Virus record (IMG/VR): IMGVR_UViG_3300033997_000141
Coordinates: 1-64,000 of that record
Direction: 5' to 3' (one strand)
Source of the DNA: a virus
DNA: 64,000 nucleotides
Part shown: positions 55,396-64,000 of the stretch, one piece after another
Layout: the number at the start of each line of letters is the position of its first letter
Position numbering within the stretch: the first letter of the stretch is position 1
The notes under the pieces: generated by a model
The model's database searches: none
Told to the model about the DNA's origin: nothing
What the model saw: only the letters and a program-made list of their open reading frames with translations
Program-made: the position numbers and the translations under genes

Positions 55396-55461
55396 GTTGA
55401 ACTCCTGTAGGAATGGCTCCGTGCCCCGGCGGGGCACGAAGATGATAATACTATAAAAGTA

Positions 55462-56802
55462 TCAGGTGCTAAAGCGAACTCTGTTGACCGTGAGTTCGTG
55501 ACGGGCTCGGCTCCAACCAACGTAGACCAGGCGCTTGCGCTCCGGTCCCCGAGGGTTGTCGAGCATGTCGTTCACGTCGAGGAAGACCCGGCTGAACGAG
55601 CTACCCTGGGCGCGGTGGGCCGTGATGCAGTAGCAGTGGGTGATGTCGGCGAACAGCTCGCGGAAGGTGTGGTACATCCTCCAGCGCAGGCCGTGTGCCG
55701 CGGTTCCTTTGGCCTCCTTGGCTCGACGCTCGAGGTCGTTGAGGCGGGCGTTGTAACGCTCCAACTCGTGGTCGGCGACGATGTGGGCGAATGCTTGCTT
55801 CACGTCAGCGTAGATCGGCGTGAGCACCAAGCATACCGTGTCCCAATACTCGCCGGTGTCCTCGTCCACCAGGCGGCTGTCCTTGATCGCGGTGACGATA
55901 CACTCCTCATCCGTAGACAGGACCACGTCACGCCCGAACGAGAGCGGGCCGGCCGTAACCACGCGCTCGCCGACGACAAATTTCCAGGCGTCTGGGCCAA
56001 ACAACTTGGCGCGAATGGCCTTGTTTATGGCGCGAACGCGGTCATTACGCCAGGCGATCACCCTGGTCTCTTCCAGGTCCGTGTTCAGGTCGAACGCTTC
56101 CACCACCGTCTTGATGAACATCGCCGTCTTGACGACCTTGATGTTCTGGTCCTCCTCGTGGTTGAAGTGGAACGGCTTGTTCTCCTTGATGGCCTGGCGC
56201 AGCTCACGGCCCAGCACGTTGATCGAGTTCGCGCTGCCGTCCGCGTTGGGCTTCTGCCGCTCGTTCTGGGTCAGCTCCCGCGTCGGGAACAGGTCGAAGG
56301 CCTCCGAACGCAGTTCGCCAACCGGCGGCAGTTGGTAGTCGTCACCCAGGATCAGGGAGAACGTCTCGCTGGCGTCTACGGCAGGCAGGTAGTAGTTGTG
56401 CAGCAGGATCTTGTTGAGCATCGACCCTTCGTCGAGCACAACCACGTCCATCTCACTGACAATCTCGTCCTTCGTCTGGGAGACGTGCTTGCGCTCGGAA
56501 CTGGGCATCAGGGTCAAGCCCAGGGCGCTGTGGATGGTCTTGAAGGTGATCCGGTCGGTCTTCAGGTTGGCAGCTTTCACCGCCTTCTCCAGCTGCTTGA
56601 CCGCCTTGTTAGTTGGCGCGGCCATCAGGACGTTCATGTCCTGTCTGACCAGCTCCTCGGTGATATGGGTGGTGCAGAAGGTCTTGCCCGTGCCGCCCTC
56701 ACCCACCAGGGTGGCGCCGTAACCCTCCCCGTTGAACATTTCGTTGATGATGCCATCAACAGCAAAGGCCTGGCCTCTGTTCAGCCCCATGTGATTCTCC
56801 AT
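55462..56802 (-). CDS. Dda/RecD-like SF1B helicase
   Basis: GEGGTGKT, APTNKA, DEGSM, GDDYQLPPV, TAHRAQGS, YVGWSRA. Confidence 0.93.
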   Translation of the reverse strand: MENHMGLNRGQAFAVDGIINEMFNGEGYGATLVGEGGTGKTFCTTHITEELVRQDMNVLMAAPTNKAVKQLEKAVKAANLKTDRITFKTIHSALGLTLMPSSERKHVSQTKDEIVSEMDVVVLDEGSMLNKILLHNYYLPAVDASETFSLILGDDYQLPPVGELRSEAFDLFPTRELTQNERQKPNADGSANSINVLGRELRQAIKENKPFHFNHEEDQNIKVVKTAMFIKTVVEAFDLNTDLEETRVIAWRNDRVRAINKAIRAKLFGPDAWKFVVGERVVTAGPLSFGRDVVLSTDEECIVTAIKDSRLVDEDTGEYWDTVCLVLTPIYADVKQAFAHIVADHELERYNARLNDLERRAKEAKGTAAHGLRWRMYHTFRELFADITHCYCITAHRAQGSSFSRVFLDVNDMLDNPRGPERKRLVYVGWSRARHELTVNRVRFST

Positions 56803-56833
56803 GTGGTTGAGGGCCGGTTACCCGGCCCGTGCG

Positions 56834-57148
56834 TTATCGACTGAACAACGAAACCACGTTGTCCGCCTGGATCTTGGGTTGCGCGCTGAGGGTACGCTGC
56901 GTGGTGGTGATCAGGTGGAAGTTACCCATGAACGTGTCCATCACCACGTCATACCCCTCACGCTCTCCGGTCTCGAAGAACCAGACCATCAGCCTGCGCA
57001 CTTCCTCGCCCGAGAACGAACAGATCGCTTCCTCGGTGAAGAACACACCCATAACGTTGGTCAGGAACTCGCGGATCACGCGGTCAGGCATGGGCTTCGG
57101 GTCGATCTTGACCGTCAGCATGCGCAGTTCTGCCATCAACTTTTCCAT
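56834..57148 (-). CDS. hypothetical protein
   Basis: GGAGG SD. Confidence 0.75.
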   Translation of the reverse strand: MEKLMAELRMLTVKIDPKPMPDRVIREFLTNVMGVFFTEEAICSFSGEEVRRLMVWFFETGEREGYDVVMDTFMGNFHLITTTQRTLSAQPKIQADNVVSLFSR

Positions 57149-57235
57149 CTATCCTCCGGTTGCCGCCTTGATCACGCCGATGAAGATCGGCGCCAGAAAA
57201 ACCACGGCGATGGTGTATTCGAAAATCCTGTACAT
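57149..57235 (-). CDS. small membrane peptide, 28 aa
   Basis: MYRIFEYTIAVVFLAPIFIGVIKAATGG; GAGGAGG SD. Confidence 0.6.
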   Translation of the reverse strand: MYRIFEYTIAVVFLAPIFIGVIKAATGG

Positions 57236-57263
57236 ACAGCCTCCTCACCGCCGTGGCGGTCGT

Positions 57264-58076
57264 TTAGGTAGGGATGCCCTCTGCCAGCATGCGGCGGGCC
57301 TTGTCCACCAGGTCCTTGGGCGCCAGCTCCTGTTTCTTGGCCACCGGTTCCGGCAGGTGCTTGCCGGCTTCCGGCATGACGTCGAGCAGCTGTCGAGCGG
57401 TCTTCATGGGCATGATGACCTGAGTCAACATCTTCTGCATTTGCTCGGCTTCTTCGATGACCTTGGCGAATTTCTCTGCCAGGTCATTGGCGGTTTTTAC
57501 CAGTGGCCAGGCGGCCTGGCTGAATCGCAGCTGCCGCTCGTTGAGTTTCACGGGGTCGCCAGGGCGGGGCTCAACAGCCTGCTGGTACACCGTCTTGGTG
57601 TGGCGCACGGCCGGCACCCCAGGGAACGAAGGGTCGAAGCGGATCTCGTAGCCATAGTTCGCTGCCCGGCAGCCGAACACTCGGCCGAAGGTTGACCAGT
57701 TCCTCATGATCGCGCTGAGGAAAGTGGAACGCTCGTCCTTATGCTTGCTCGGATAGGCAGGACCCTTCGCCATCACCAACTTCGAGCGGCAGCTGTACTG
57801 GAGGTTGGGGTTTTCGACGTCTTCTTTGTGTTCGTACATATAGACCGACAGCGTCCCATTGCTGGCGTGGGCTACCATGGTGCCTTGCTGGATCAGATCC
57901 AGCCAACGCTCACGGCTCAGCTCCGGCAAAAGCAGCTCGGCCTCCTTGACCACCAAGGCCTCCCAGAGATTGTTCAGCTTAATGGCCGCCTGTCCCATGA
58001 CCATCGCGTGTTTCTTGCACGCTTCGGCCACCAGGTCGATAACCAATTGCTCTTTGATCTGTTTCGTCAGGTTCAT
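57264..58076 (-). CDS. Nmad5-family (nucleotide-modification-associated) protein
   Basis: MNLTKQIKEQL N-terminus and KTARQLLDVMPEAGKHLP C-terminal motif. Confidence 0.65.
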   Translation of the reverse strand: MNLTKQIKEQLVIDLVAEACKKHAMVMGQAAIKLNNLWEALVVKEAELLLPELSRERWLDLIQQGTMVAHASNGTLSVYMYEHKEDVENPNLQYSCRSKLVMAKGPAYPSKHKDERSTFLSAIMRNWSTFGRVFGCRAANYGYEIRFDPSFPGVPAVRHTKTVYQQAVEPRPGDPVKLNERQLRFSQAAWPLVKTANDLAEKFAKVIEEAEQMQKMLTQVIMPMKTARQLLDVMPEAGKHLPEPVAKKQELAPKDLVDKARRMLAEGIPT

Positions 58077-58086
58077 GTCTCGTCCT

Positions 58087-58491
58087 TCAGCTCTTGAGAA
58101 TGCAGGTGCGCATCTCTTTCAGTTGTTCTTTCGAGTTGGTGGTGATCGCCACCTGCACCGCCCCGTCCGCCGTGACATCAAAGGCGATGTTGCCGGCCCA
58201 CCAGAAGTGGGGTAGCAGGCCCAGACTGCGACTCAGCTTGTGGTCCAAATCGTGCCGCGTCTGCGAGGTGCAGCGCGGCGACAAGGCCAGCACCAGAATC
58301 GACTTGGCGTCATTGGACAGCTTCAGGCTAGGCGACGAGCTGTGCTTGCCCAGTTTGATCAGCTGCGCCAGCGTTGGCGCAGAGGAGCTGTGCTTCGCCT
58401 GGAAAGCCCTGATCGTCGGGTGCTTGTGCCAGGCTTCGGCGTGCTGGCTCTGCGGGAACAGCGGCTGGAACAGCCTGGTCTTGTCACTCAT
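58087..58491 (-). CDS. hypothetical protein
   Basis: ORF in the leftward operon. Confidence 0.65.
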   Translation of the reverse strand: MSDKTRLFQPLFPQSQHAEAWHKHPTIRAFQAKHSSSAPTLAQLIKLGKHSSSPSLKLSNDAKSILVLALSPRCTSQTRHDLDHKLSRSLGLLPHFWWAGNIAFDVTADGAVQVAITTNSKEQLKEMRTCILKS

Positions 58492-58906
58492 GCACTGGCC
58501 CCATCTGGCGCCCCAGCTCGCGGTGCAGCAGCGGCAGGGTAGGTTGCAGGTTGAGCGGGCTGTCGTCCTTCAGCAGCCCGGCCTCTTGCAGCTGCAACAG
58601 CGCGCACTGGATCTGGCGCAGCGGATCATGGGCCGGGCCGGGGATACCTACCGGCGGCTGCATCATGACCGTTTTGTCGATCAGGTCGCGGTCGAACCAC
58701 AGGATGAACGCCGCTTTCTGCATACGAGGCCCGCCGGACAGCACGCTCCGGTGATCGAGGTCTTGATCGGTGACGAATGTGACCTTCCCCCCGTGCTTGG
58801 TTTTCTGCCAGCCTTCCATGCACTGATCGAGGAACTGGAACTTCAGGTCACGAGGCATCAGGCCCGCAAGCAGGCCATGGAGGGTGAGGGGGTTCTTCTG
58901 GCTCAT
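58484..58906 (-). CDS. hypothetical protein
   Basis: AGGAG SD. Confidence 0.75.
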   Translation of the reverse strand: MSQKNPLTLHGLLAGLMPRDLKFQFLDQCMEGWQKTKHGGKVTFVTDQDLDHRSVLSGGPRMQKAAFILWFDRDLIDKTVMMQPPVGIPGPAHDPLRQIQCALLQLQEAGLLKDDSPLNLQPTLPLLHRELGRQMGPVHE

Positions 58907-58915
58907 GGGTCTCTC

Positions 58916-59203
58916 CTAGATGACCAGCACAGGCTGGGCGTTCTGGGGCAGGAGGCTATCGCTGCCCAGGGTGGTTACGTGGTCGATGGCTTGTTCCGTG
59001 GCGTCCTCCACCGAAACCTCGGTCTCGGTGTAGAGCATCACCAGGCGCGGCAGGCAGTCCTCGGGGGTGAACTTCACCAACCGCATGTGCTTGAAGCCAT
59101 GAACGATCGGCAGGACCACGCCGTGCTTGTGCAGCGCACTGGCGTCGGGCACCACCGGGATGCCCATGTCGATCAGGGCCTTGGCCTGTTCAGGTGTCAG
59201 CAT
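58916..59203 (-). CDS. hypothetical protein
   Basis: ATG 59203; overlapping operon. Confidence 0.7.
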   Translation of the reverse strand: MLTPEQAKALIDMGIPVVPDASALHKHGVVLPIVHGFKHMRLVKFTPEDCLPRLVMLYTETEVSVEDATEQAIDHVTTLGSDSLLPQNAQPVLVI

Positions 59204-59570
59204 TTTCAGTCGCCTTGTCCTTGATCCCTTGGATGGCCACCAGGAACTGCAGGTGGCCAATGCGCTTGAGGCCGTTGTGTACCGCCGACGACGTCAGCTT
59301 GCGCAGCTGGCCGCGGGGAATGCTGCCGTTGGCCACATGGCACAGCTCGAGGAGCATGTGCGGCGACTTCGGATGACGGATGCGCATGGTCGTGTCGCAG
59401 CCGGTGCTCATCTCGCTGATCACCAGGGTGCGCTTGTCCTGCGGGTGGATGTGTACGGCGAACTTCACCTCGAACCCGCCGATGCTCTTGGTGATGCTGA
59501 GGAGGTAAGGGATGCTCTGCACCCCCTTGTCCACCTGGATGTCGAAATGGCCTTCAATGACGGGGTTCAT
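59190..59570 (-). CDS. hypothetical protein
   Basis: AAGGAG SD; ATGA coupling. Confidence 0.7.
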   Translation of the reverse strand: MNPVIEGHFDIQVDKGVQSIPYLLSITKSIGGFEVKFAVHIHPQDKRTLVISEMSTGCDTTMRIRHPKSPHMLLELCHVANGSIPRGQLRKLTSSAVHNGLKRIGHLQFLVAIQGIKDKATENADT

Positions 59571-59956
59571 GCGGTCTCCTTGGGGGTGTATCCCCACGCT
59601 CTGGTGCTCAGCCAGCGGTTGATGTCGAATTTCATGGTCGGGCAAACCTTGGGGTCATCCAGCGCCGCAGCCAACCATTGGCCCAGTTTCTCGTCTTCGG
59701 CGGAAGGTAGGTAGAGCTTGACGAGCGCAGGCTGCTCGACCACTGGGGCCAGCAGCTCCACGCCGACGATGCCGGGGTGGCTGAACCACCACTCGGCGTG
59801 TTTGCGGGCCTGCTCCTCATCGAAGAAGGTGGCCTGGAGCGGCGAGCCCGCCACCTCGCTGGCCTTCACCGTCCAGAGCTTGGACCAGTCCTTTTCGGCC
59901 TCGACCACCGGCTTCCGGCGGCCGCGAGGGATCTTGTCGATGTTGCGCTTCCTCAT
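59567..59956 (-). CDS. hypothetical protein
   Basis: ATGA coupling to the methyltransferase. Confidence 0.7.
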   Translation of the reverse strand: MRKRNIDKIPRGRRKPVVEAEKDWSKLWTVKASEVAGSPLQATFFDEEQARKHAEWWFSHPGIVGVELLAPVVEQPALVKLYLPSAEDEKLGQWLAAALDDPKVCPTMKFDINRWLSTRAWGYTPKETA

Positions 59957-62900
59957 GCTCGTTTCAGCTCCTGGCGCTCCAGCGCCCATTTTGGAATGTT
60001 GGCTTCAACCAGTGCCCGCGCCAGCTGCGGAGGCACCGAGTTACCGACCATGCGCACCTGGGCATGGTCAGGGAGTTTCTTGCCCATCACCACCTGGTGC
60101 TCGTAGCCCTCGGGGAAGCCCTGGCAGCGGTACAGCTCGTGTGGCTTCAGCATCCGCATGCCAATGTCCACGATCTGGTAGTCCTGGCCGTGGATGGTGA
60201 CCAGGCCGAAGCGGGTCTTGCTGGTGATGGTGTGCAGCGGATCGTTCAGGTCCTGGCCGATCGCTCCGGTGGTGTAATACTTCAGCAGGAAGGCGCGGAC
60301 CTCGCCGTAATGGTTGCCCTGGGCCTGGATGGTGCCCAGAGGCTCGTTCAGGCTCTGCCCATGCTGACAGCTGCCCTTCAGCTTGATCAGCGAGCTGGCG
60401 ACCAGTGCGGCCTTGCCGCTGCCGCCCGCCGTGATGGCGCCGATCGGCTCGGCGGCCGAGGAGCCGACGCTCTTGCCGAAATCCCGCTGGATGTGAGCCG
60501 CCACGATGGCGTCTTCCAGGTCGTGAGCCGGGTCCACCGGCTGCAGCTGCGCTTCCATCACCGAGTTGTGGTCGGTGGCGGTGATCGTCGGCAGTGGCTT
60601 GTCCAGGCTCTGGCCGACCACCCCGGTGTAATGCTTCAGCAGCGCCGCAACTCGCAGGTGCCTGGCCTTGCCAGTGATGGTGGACAGCGGTTCACCCATG
60701 CCGGTGGACGGGTCGCGGGTGCTGGCGTGGTCCACGGTGGTGATGAACTCGGCGGTGACAGGCGCCAGCTCCACCTGCATGGCGCCCAGGGCGTGTGGAG
60801 CACCGGCTGGGCGGGCAGCTCCTGCGCCCGCCGTGATGGTTGGCAGCGGGTCATGGCAGCTGAAGCCGGCGGAGTCGCCGCGGAACTTCATGCCGGCCGC
60901 TGCGGTGATGGGCGCCAGCGAGGTCTCCACCACTGCGTGCTTGCTGCTGCCCACGATGGTCGGCAGAGGTTCCTGCAGGCTGTGGGTGCGAGGGTCTTGC
61001 CCGGGGCGCTCCCCATAGCCCACCGGCACCATATGCGCCGCCACCACACCGGTACCCAGCTTGCCGGTGATGGTCTGCAGCGGCTCATCCAGGCTCTGGC
61101 CACGGAACTGGTCGTAGCCGTGGTTCACCTTCACCAGGAAGGCATCGCTGCCGGCGTTGATCACGAACTTCTCGATGCCCTTGGCGATGCGCTTGAGGGT
61201 GTTCTCGGCCAGCGGCCGGCGCCCCTCCTCGAAGATCGACGGGCACGGGATGGACCAGTCGAGGTTATCGCCGGCCGTCTCCTGCGGCTGCAGGCCGTTG
61301 GCCAGGGCGATATCGCGAGGTGCATGGGTTCGGGCTGGCCAGATGATCGGCAGGCCGTCCTTGCGGCCGATGCCGAAGAAGCGCTTGCGAATAGTGGCGG
61401 CGCCGTACTCGCTGGCGACCAGGGTGTCGAACTCGATCTGGTAGCCCATGGCCCGCAGCTGCTTGAGGAACTGCTTGAAGGTCTTCCCGGCGCGCTTTTT
61501 GTCTGGCACCAGGGCCTGGTTGCGGTAGGGGACCAACTCGCCGGGCTCGGCTATCCGGTTGATCATCTTCTTGCCCTTGGGGTCCTTCGGGTCCGGGATC
61601 AGGTCCAGGGTGACGACGCGCCCGGTGTCCTTGCAGCGCTTTGCGATCAGCGGGCCCCAGGTCACGAACTCGGGCACGTTCTCCATGAAGAACACCGCCA
61701 TGTCGCCCTGGCCCGCCCACTTCTTGATGATCCAGGCCAGGCCGCGAATCTCTTTCTTCACCGGAGCGCCACCCTTGGCCACGCTGAAGTGTGTGCAGTT
61801 ATGGGTTACGATACCCTCTACGACGTAACTCTCATCCTCGTCAACCGAGATGTTGTAGACGGTCTCCATGCCCTCGGCTGGAGTTATTTCCTTGATCTTC
61901 CCCCACTCCATGCCCTCATCGCGCCAGGTCTGTTCACGGCCCGGCTGCACCTGGTCGAGCCAACGAATACACCAGGACGGTTGGCAGTCGACCTGGCGGC
62001 CTTGGATGGTGTCATTTTTGTGGTGCTCATACACCGAGACGCTCTTACCCAGAGAGGTGGCCAGCATTTTCAGTCCGTAGATCAGCTGCTTGCTGACACT
62101 GGTTGCCTCGTGCTTTCCGTGCTTGAAATAGCCGTCGGCTTCCAGATACCCAGCCAGAAACGCTTGTCGGGTTGCCTCGTTGGCCTGGTACAGCCAGCCA
62201 GGAACCTTCTTGTTCTCAGCCAAGTGACCGAAGTTGTCGCGTAACCACTCGACCAGTCCTTTGTGGTTGGTGCTTAACTGAGTAGCGGTCTTGGTATTGC
62301 GGCGGTGCCAAGCCAGCTCGTTGTACTGAGCTTTGAGGCCCGCAGGCTTCCATTGTTGAAGCCATTGCTCCAGGCCATCAGCCTTGCACTGATGGGTGGT
62401 GAACACCAGCTCTGCACGGGTTTTGGTCACTCGGCTCCAGCCGTTGCCCACGTAGTAGCCCGCCAGACGCATCAGTTCAATGCTGATGTCCATGCCGCGT
62501 CCGCCCACAGGGGGGATAAAAACATTGCTGTTCTCTACCCGCTCCGGGGTCGCCCAGTACTGGCCAGCGCGTAGGTTGCAGGCGCTCACCCACTCCGATT
62601 TCTTGGCGTACTTCTCGCCACGGACATAGAAGGGGTGTTCACTGCTGACGCGCAAACCATGATGCCCGCGGCCACGTACTGTCATCACTGGCTTCTGAGA
62701 CACCATAGTGGCGGTCACCTGGCGCCAGCGGTTCTTGTGGGTCTGCACCCAGTCGCCGATCTTCAGTTTTTCAATCGGTGCGTAGCCATGCATGGTCAGC
62801 ACCAAGGTGCCGGCAGGGAAACAGTCGGGGCTGAACCAGCCGAACAACACCGGGATGCCGGCCGTGGCTTCAGGGATGTGGACGTCCCACACCGACTCGT

Positions 62901-63105
62901 TGTAGTGGATCGTGTCCGGGTGGTTCTCCTCGTGCATCATCAGCGCCTCGGCGTTGTGATTCACGGCAATGTCGGGGCTCTTGCCGATCGCCTGGGAGAT
63001 CCCAGTGCTGGCGCCGCCGCCCCCGGCGAAGTTGTCGGCGACCAGGCCGCCCATCCAACGATATCCTGCCACCGGCAATGCCGGCAGTTGAGCTGCAGTT
63101 CCCAT
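59953..63105 (-). CDS. DNA cytosine-5 methyltransferase, intein-containing
   Basis: FAGGGG (motif I), SPD|C (IV), MENV (VI), RKRFF (VIII), RML..HEL..QGFP (IX), GNSV (X); AAGGA SD at ATG 63105. Confidence 0.93.
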   Translation of the reverse strand: MGTAAQLPALPVAGYRWMGGLVADNFAGGGGASTGISQAIGKSPDIAVNHNAEALMMHEENHPDTIHYNESVWDVHIPEATAGIPVLFGWFSPDCFPAGTLVLTMHGYAPIEKLKIGDWVQTHKNRWRQVTATMVSQKPVMTVRGRGHHGLRVSSEHPFYVRGEKYAKKSEWVSACNLRAGQYWATPERVENSNVFIPPVGGRGMDISIELMRLAGYYVGNGWSRVTKTRAELVFTTHQCKADGLEQWLQQWKPAGLKAQYNELAWHRRNTKTATQLSTNHKGLVEWLRDNFGHLAENKKVPGWLYQANEATRQAFLAGYLEADGYFKHGKHEATSVSKQLIYGLKMLATSLGKSVSVYEHHKNDTIQGRQVDCQPSWCIRWLDQVQPGREQTWRDEGMEWGKIKEITPAEGMETVYNISVDEDESYVVEGIVTHNCTHFSVAKGGAPVKKEIRGLAWIIKKWAGQGDMAVFFMENVPEFVTWGPLIAKRCKDTGRVVTLDLIPDPKDPKGKKMINRIAEPGELVPYRNQALVPDKKRAGKTFKQFLKQLRAMGYQIEFDTLVASEYGAATIRKRFFGIGRKDGLPIIWPARTHAPRDIALANGLQPQETAGDNLDWSIPCPSIFEEGRRPLAENTLKRIAKGIEKFVINAGSDAFLVKVNHGYDQFRGQSLDEPLQTITGKLGTGVVAAHMVPVGYGERPGQDPRTHSLQEPLPTIVGSSKHAVVETSLAPITAAAGMKFRGDSAGFSCHDPLPTITAGAGAARPAGAPHALGAMQVELAPVTAEFITTVDHASTRDPSTGMGEPLSTITGKARHLRVAALLKHYTGVVGQSLDKPLPTITATDHNSVMEAQLQPVDPAHDLEDAIVAAHIQRDFGKSVGSSAAEPIGAITAGGSGKAALVASSLIKLKGSCQHGQSLNEPLGTIQAQGNHYGEVRAFLLKYYTTGAIGQDLNDPLHTITSKTRFGLVTIHGQDYQIVDIGMRMLKPHELYRCQGFPEGYEHQVVMGKKLPDHAQVRMVGNSVPPQLARALVEANIPKWALERQELKRA
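61798..62823 (-). mobile_element. intein with LAGLIDADG-type homing endonuclease, 342 aa
   Basis: Starts CFPAGTLV; block B SSEHPFYV; LAGYYVGNG and FLAGYLEADG; ends VYNISV..VTHN/C; lower GC. Confidence 0.95.
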
Positions 63106-63113
63106 GCTATTCC

Positions 63114-63362
63114 TTATCGGCCAATGGCCTTCCATTTGATGTCTTCAACCCCGCCGGTCAGCTTCAGGTCCTCACGGATGGCCGACTCGATCAGGTTGGT
63201 GAGGTCTTTCATCCAGCAGGCGTTCTTCGTCTTCACCGAGAACTCCTGCTCACCCAAGGGGGTTTGATAGGTGCCGGTTACCAGCCACTTCCTCGGCCGT
63301 TGCTGCTGATCCCACTGGTGGATCTTCAATCCCTTCTCGCGGCTGTAAGTGGCGATCAGCAT
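63114..63362 (-). CDS. hypothetical protein
   Basis: GGAG SD; downstream of a TATAAT promoter. Confidence 0.7.
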   Translation of the reverse strand: MLIATYSREKGLKIHQWDQQQRPRKWLVTGTYQTPLGEQEFSVKTKNACWMKDLTNLIESAIREDLKLTGGVEDIKWKAIGR

Positions 63363-63387
63363 GCTAATTCTCCGTTGCTCGGCGCAT

Positions 63388-63416
63388 ATTATACGCTTAT
63401 ACCTTTATGTGCTAGC
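63388..63416 (-). promoter_or_regulatory. promoter, perfect -10
   Basis: TATAAT on the minus strand at 63393-63388; -35 is weak. Confidence 0.5.
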
Positions 63417-63590
63417 TGGCGCTCGAAGTTTCTTCAGCTGCTGGGCGGTGAATCCTTTGGTGTCGCGCCGGAACTGCTCGTACTCGGCCTCGTTCACCTC
63501 TTTCCAGACGTCCATGTCGATGTGGCGAACGCTTTCATACGCCGCCACCGTCCTGACCAATCGCCTCGCGGCATTGATGAAGTAACGCAT
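63405..63590 (-). CDS. hypothetical protein
   Basis: GAGGA SD. Confidence 0.65.
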   Translation of the reverse strand: MRYFINAARRLVRTVAAYESVRHIDMDVWKEVNEAEYEQFRRDTKGFTAQQLKKLRAPAST

Positions 63591-63599
63591 ATGGGGTCC

Positions 63600-63797
63600 T
63601 CACTGGTCGTCCAGCTTTACCGTCTGGACTTCGATGATGGGCCGCACCCGCACCTCACCGTCCGGGTCCATGTAGCGGACCTGGGCGTTGAGGAGTTGGT
63701 GCAGGGTGTTGTGCAGGGCAAGCTCGACGCGCTGCCGATCTTCAGGGGTGACGTTCTCGGTGACGAGCTCAACCAGGAAGGCGAGCCGCTGTGTCAC
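63600..63797 (-). CDS. hypothetical protein
   Basis: AAGGAG SD with GTG at 63797. Confidence 0.65.
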   Translation of the reverse strand: MTQRLAFLVELVTENVTPEDRQRVELALHNTLHQLLNAQVRYMDPDGEVRVRPIIEVQTVKLDDQ

Positions 63798-64000
63798 TGG
63801 CGGCTCCTTTCGATGATGGCCTTGCACCGTTGACATGCCCTGGCCCCCGTCTCCTCCGGGGTAGCAAAGCTGCCACCACAGGAGAACGGCCTGGCGCCGC
63901 AGAGCGTGCCACCGCCATGCACCACATGGGCAATGCCGGTCTGGTCACGCCAGCGGTTGACGGCCGGCGCCCACCAGTGGGTTGTGGTCTGGCGCTCAGC

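Noticed and set aside
36222-62244. Long plus-strand ORFs over the replication arm (e.g. 43843..45378, 53739..55064, 60064..62244)
   Set aside because: Antisense shadows of clearly identifiable minus-strand genes.
1-64000. Prophage/temperate status or a named taxon
   Set aside because: No integrase, repressor, att site or host genes in the window; taxonomy needs a database comparison I cannot run.

Overview
This is a 64-kb segment of a GC-rich, long-tailed (siphovirus-like) dsDNA phage. The host is probably Pseudomonas-like (inferred from the tail-fibre assembly genes). I saw no integrase, repressor, CRISPR array or reverse transcriptase. Layout: (1) leftward genes and a ~1-kb AT-richer non-coding region (1-1900). 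(2) An accessory island (1904-5171) with a frameshifted second copy of the tail-tip receptor-binding gene pair, a tRNA-like structured RNA, four tRNAs, a Tad1-family nucleotide-sponge homologue and a possible Acb2/Tad1-hairpin protein. (3) A rightward morphogenesis block: HU, terminases, portal, S49 protease with nested scaffold, capsid, tail tube, G/GT chaperones, tape measure, lambda M/L/K/I/J tip and a side fibre. (4) A lysis block interrupted by the intact receptor-binding pair. (5) A leftward replication and nucleotide-metabolism block: SbcC/D, ligase, resolvase, dNMP kinase, exonuclease, PolA, ThyX, MazG, SNF2 helicase, primase-helicase, Dda-like helicase, Nmad5 and an intein-containing C5 methyltransferase. 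The best candidate for an undescribed system is two unlinked, alternative J-tip receptor-binding modules, one switched off by a +1 G in a G7 tract, i.e. possible phase-variable receptor switching; a sequencing error is not excluded. All family calls come from motif recognition and synteny, not database searches.
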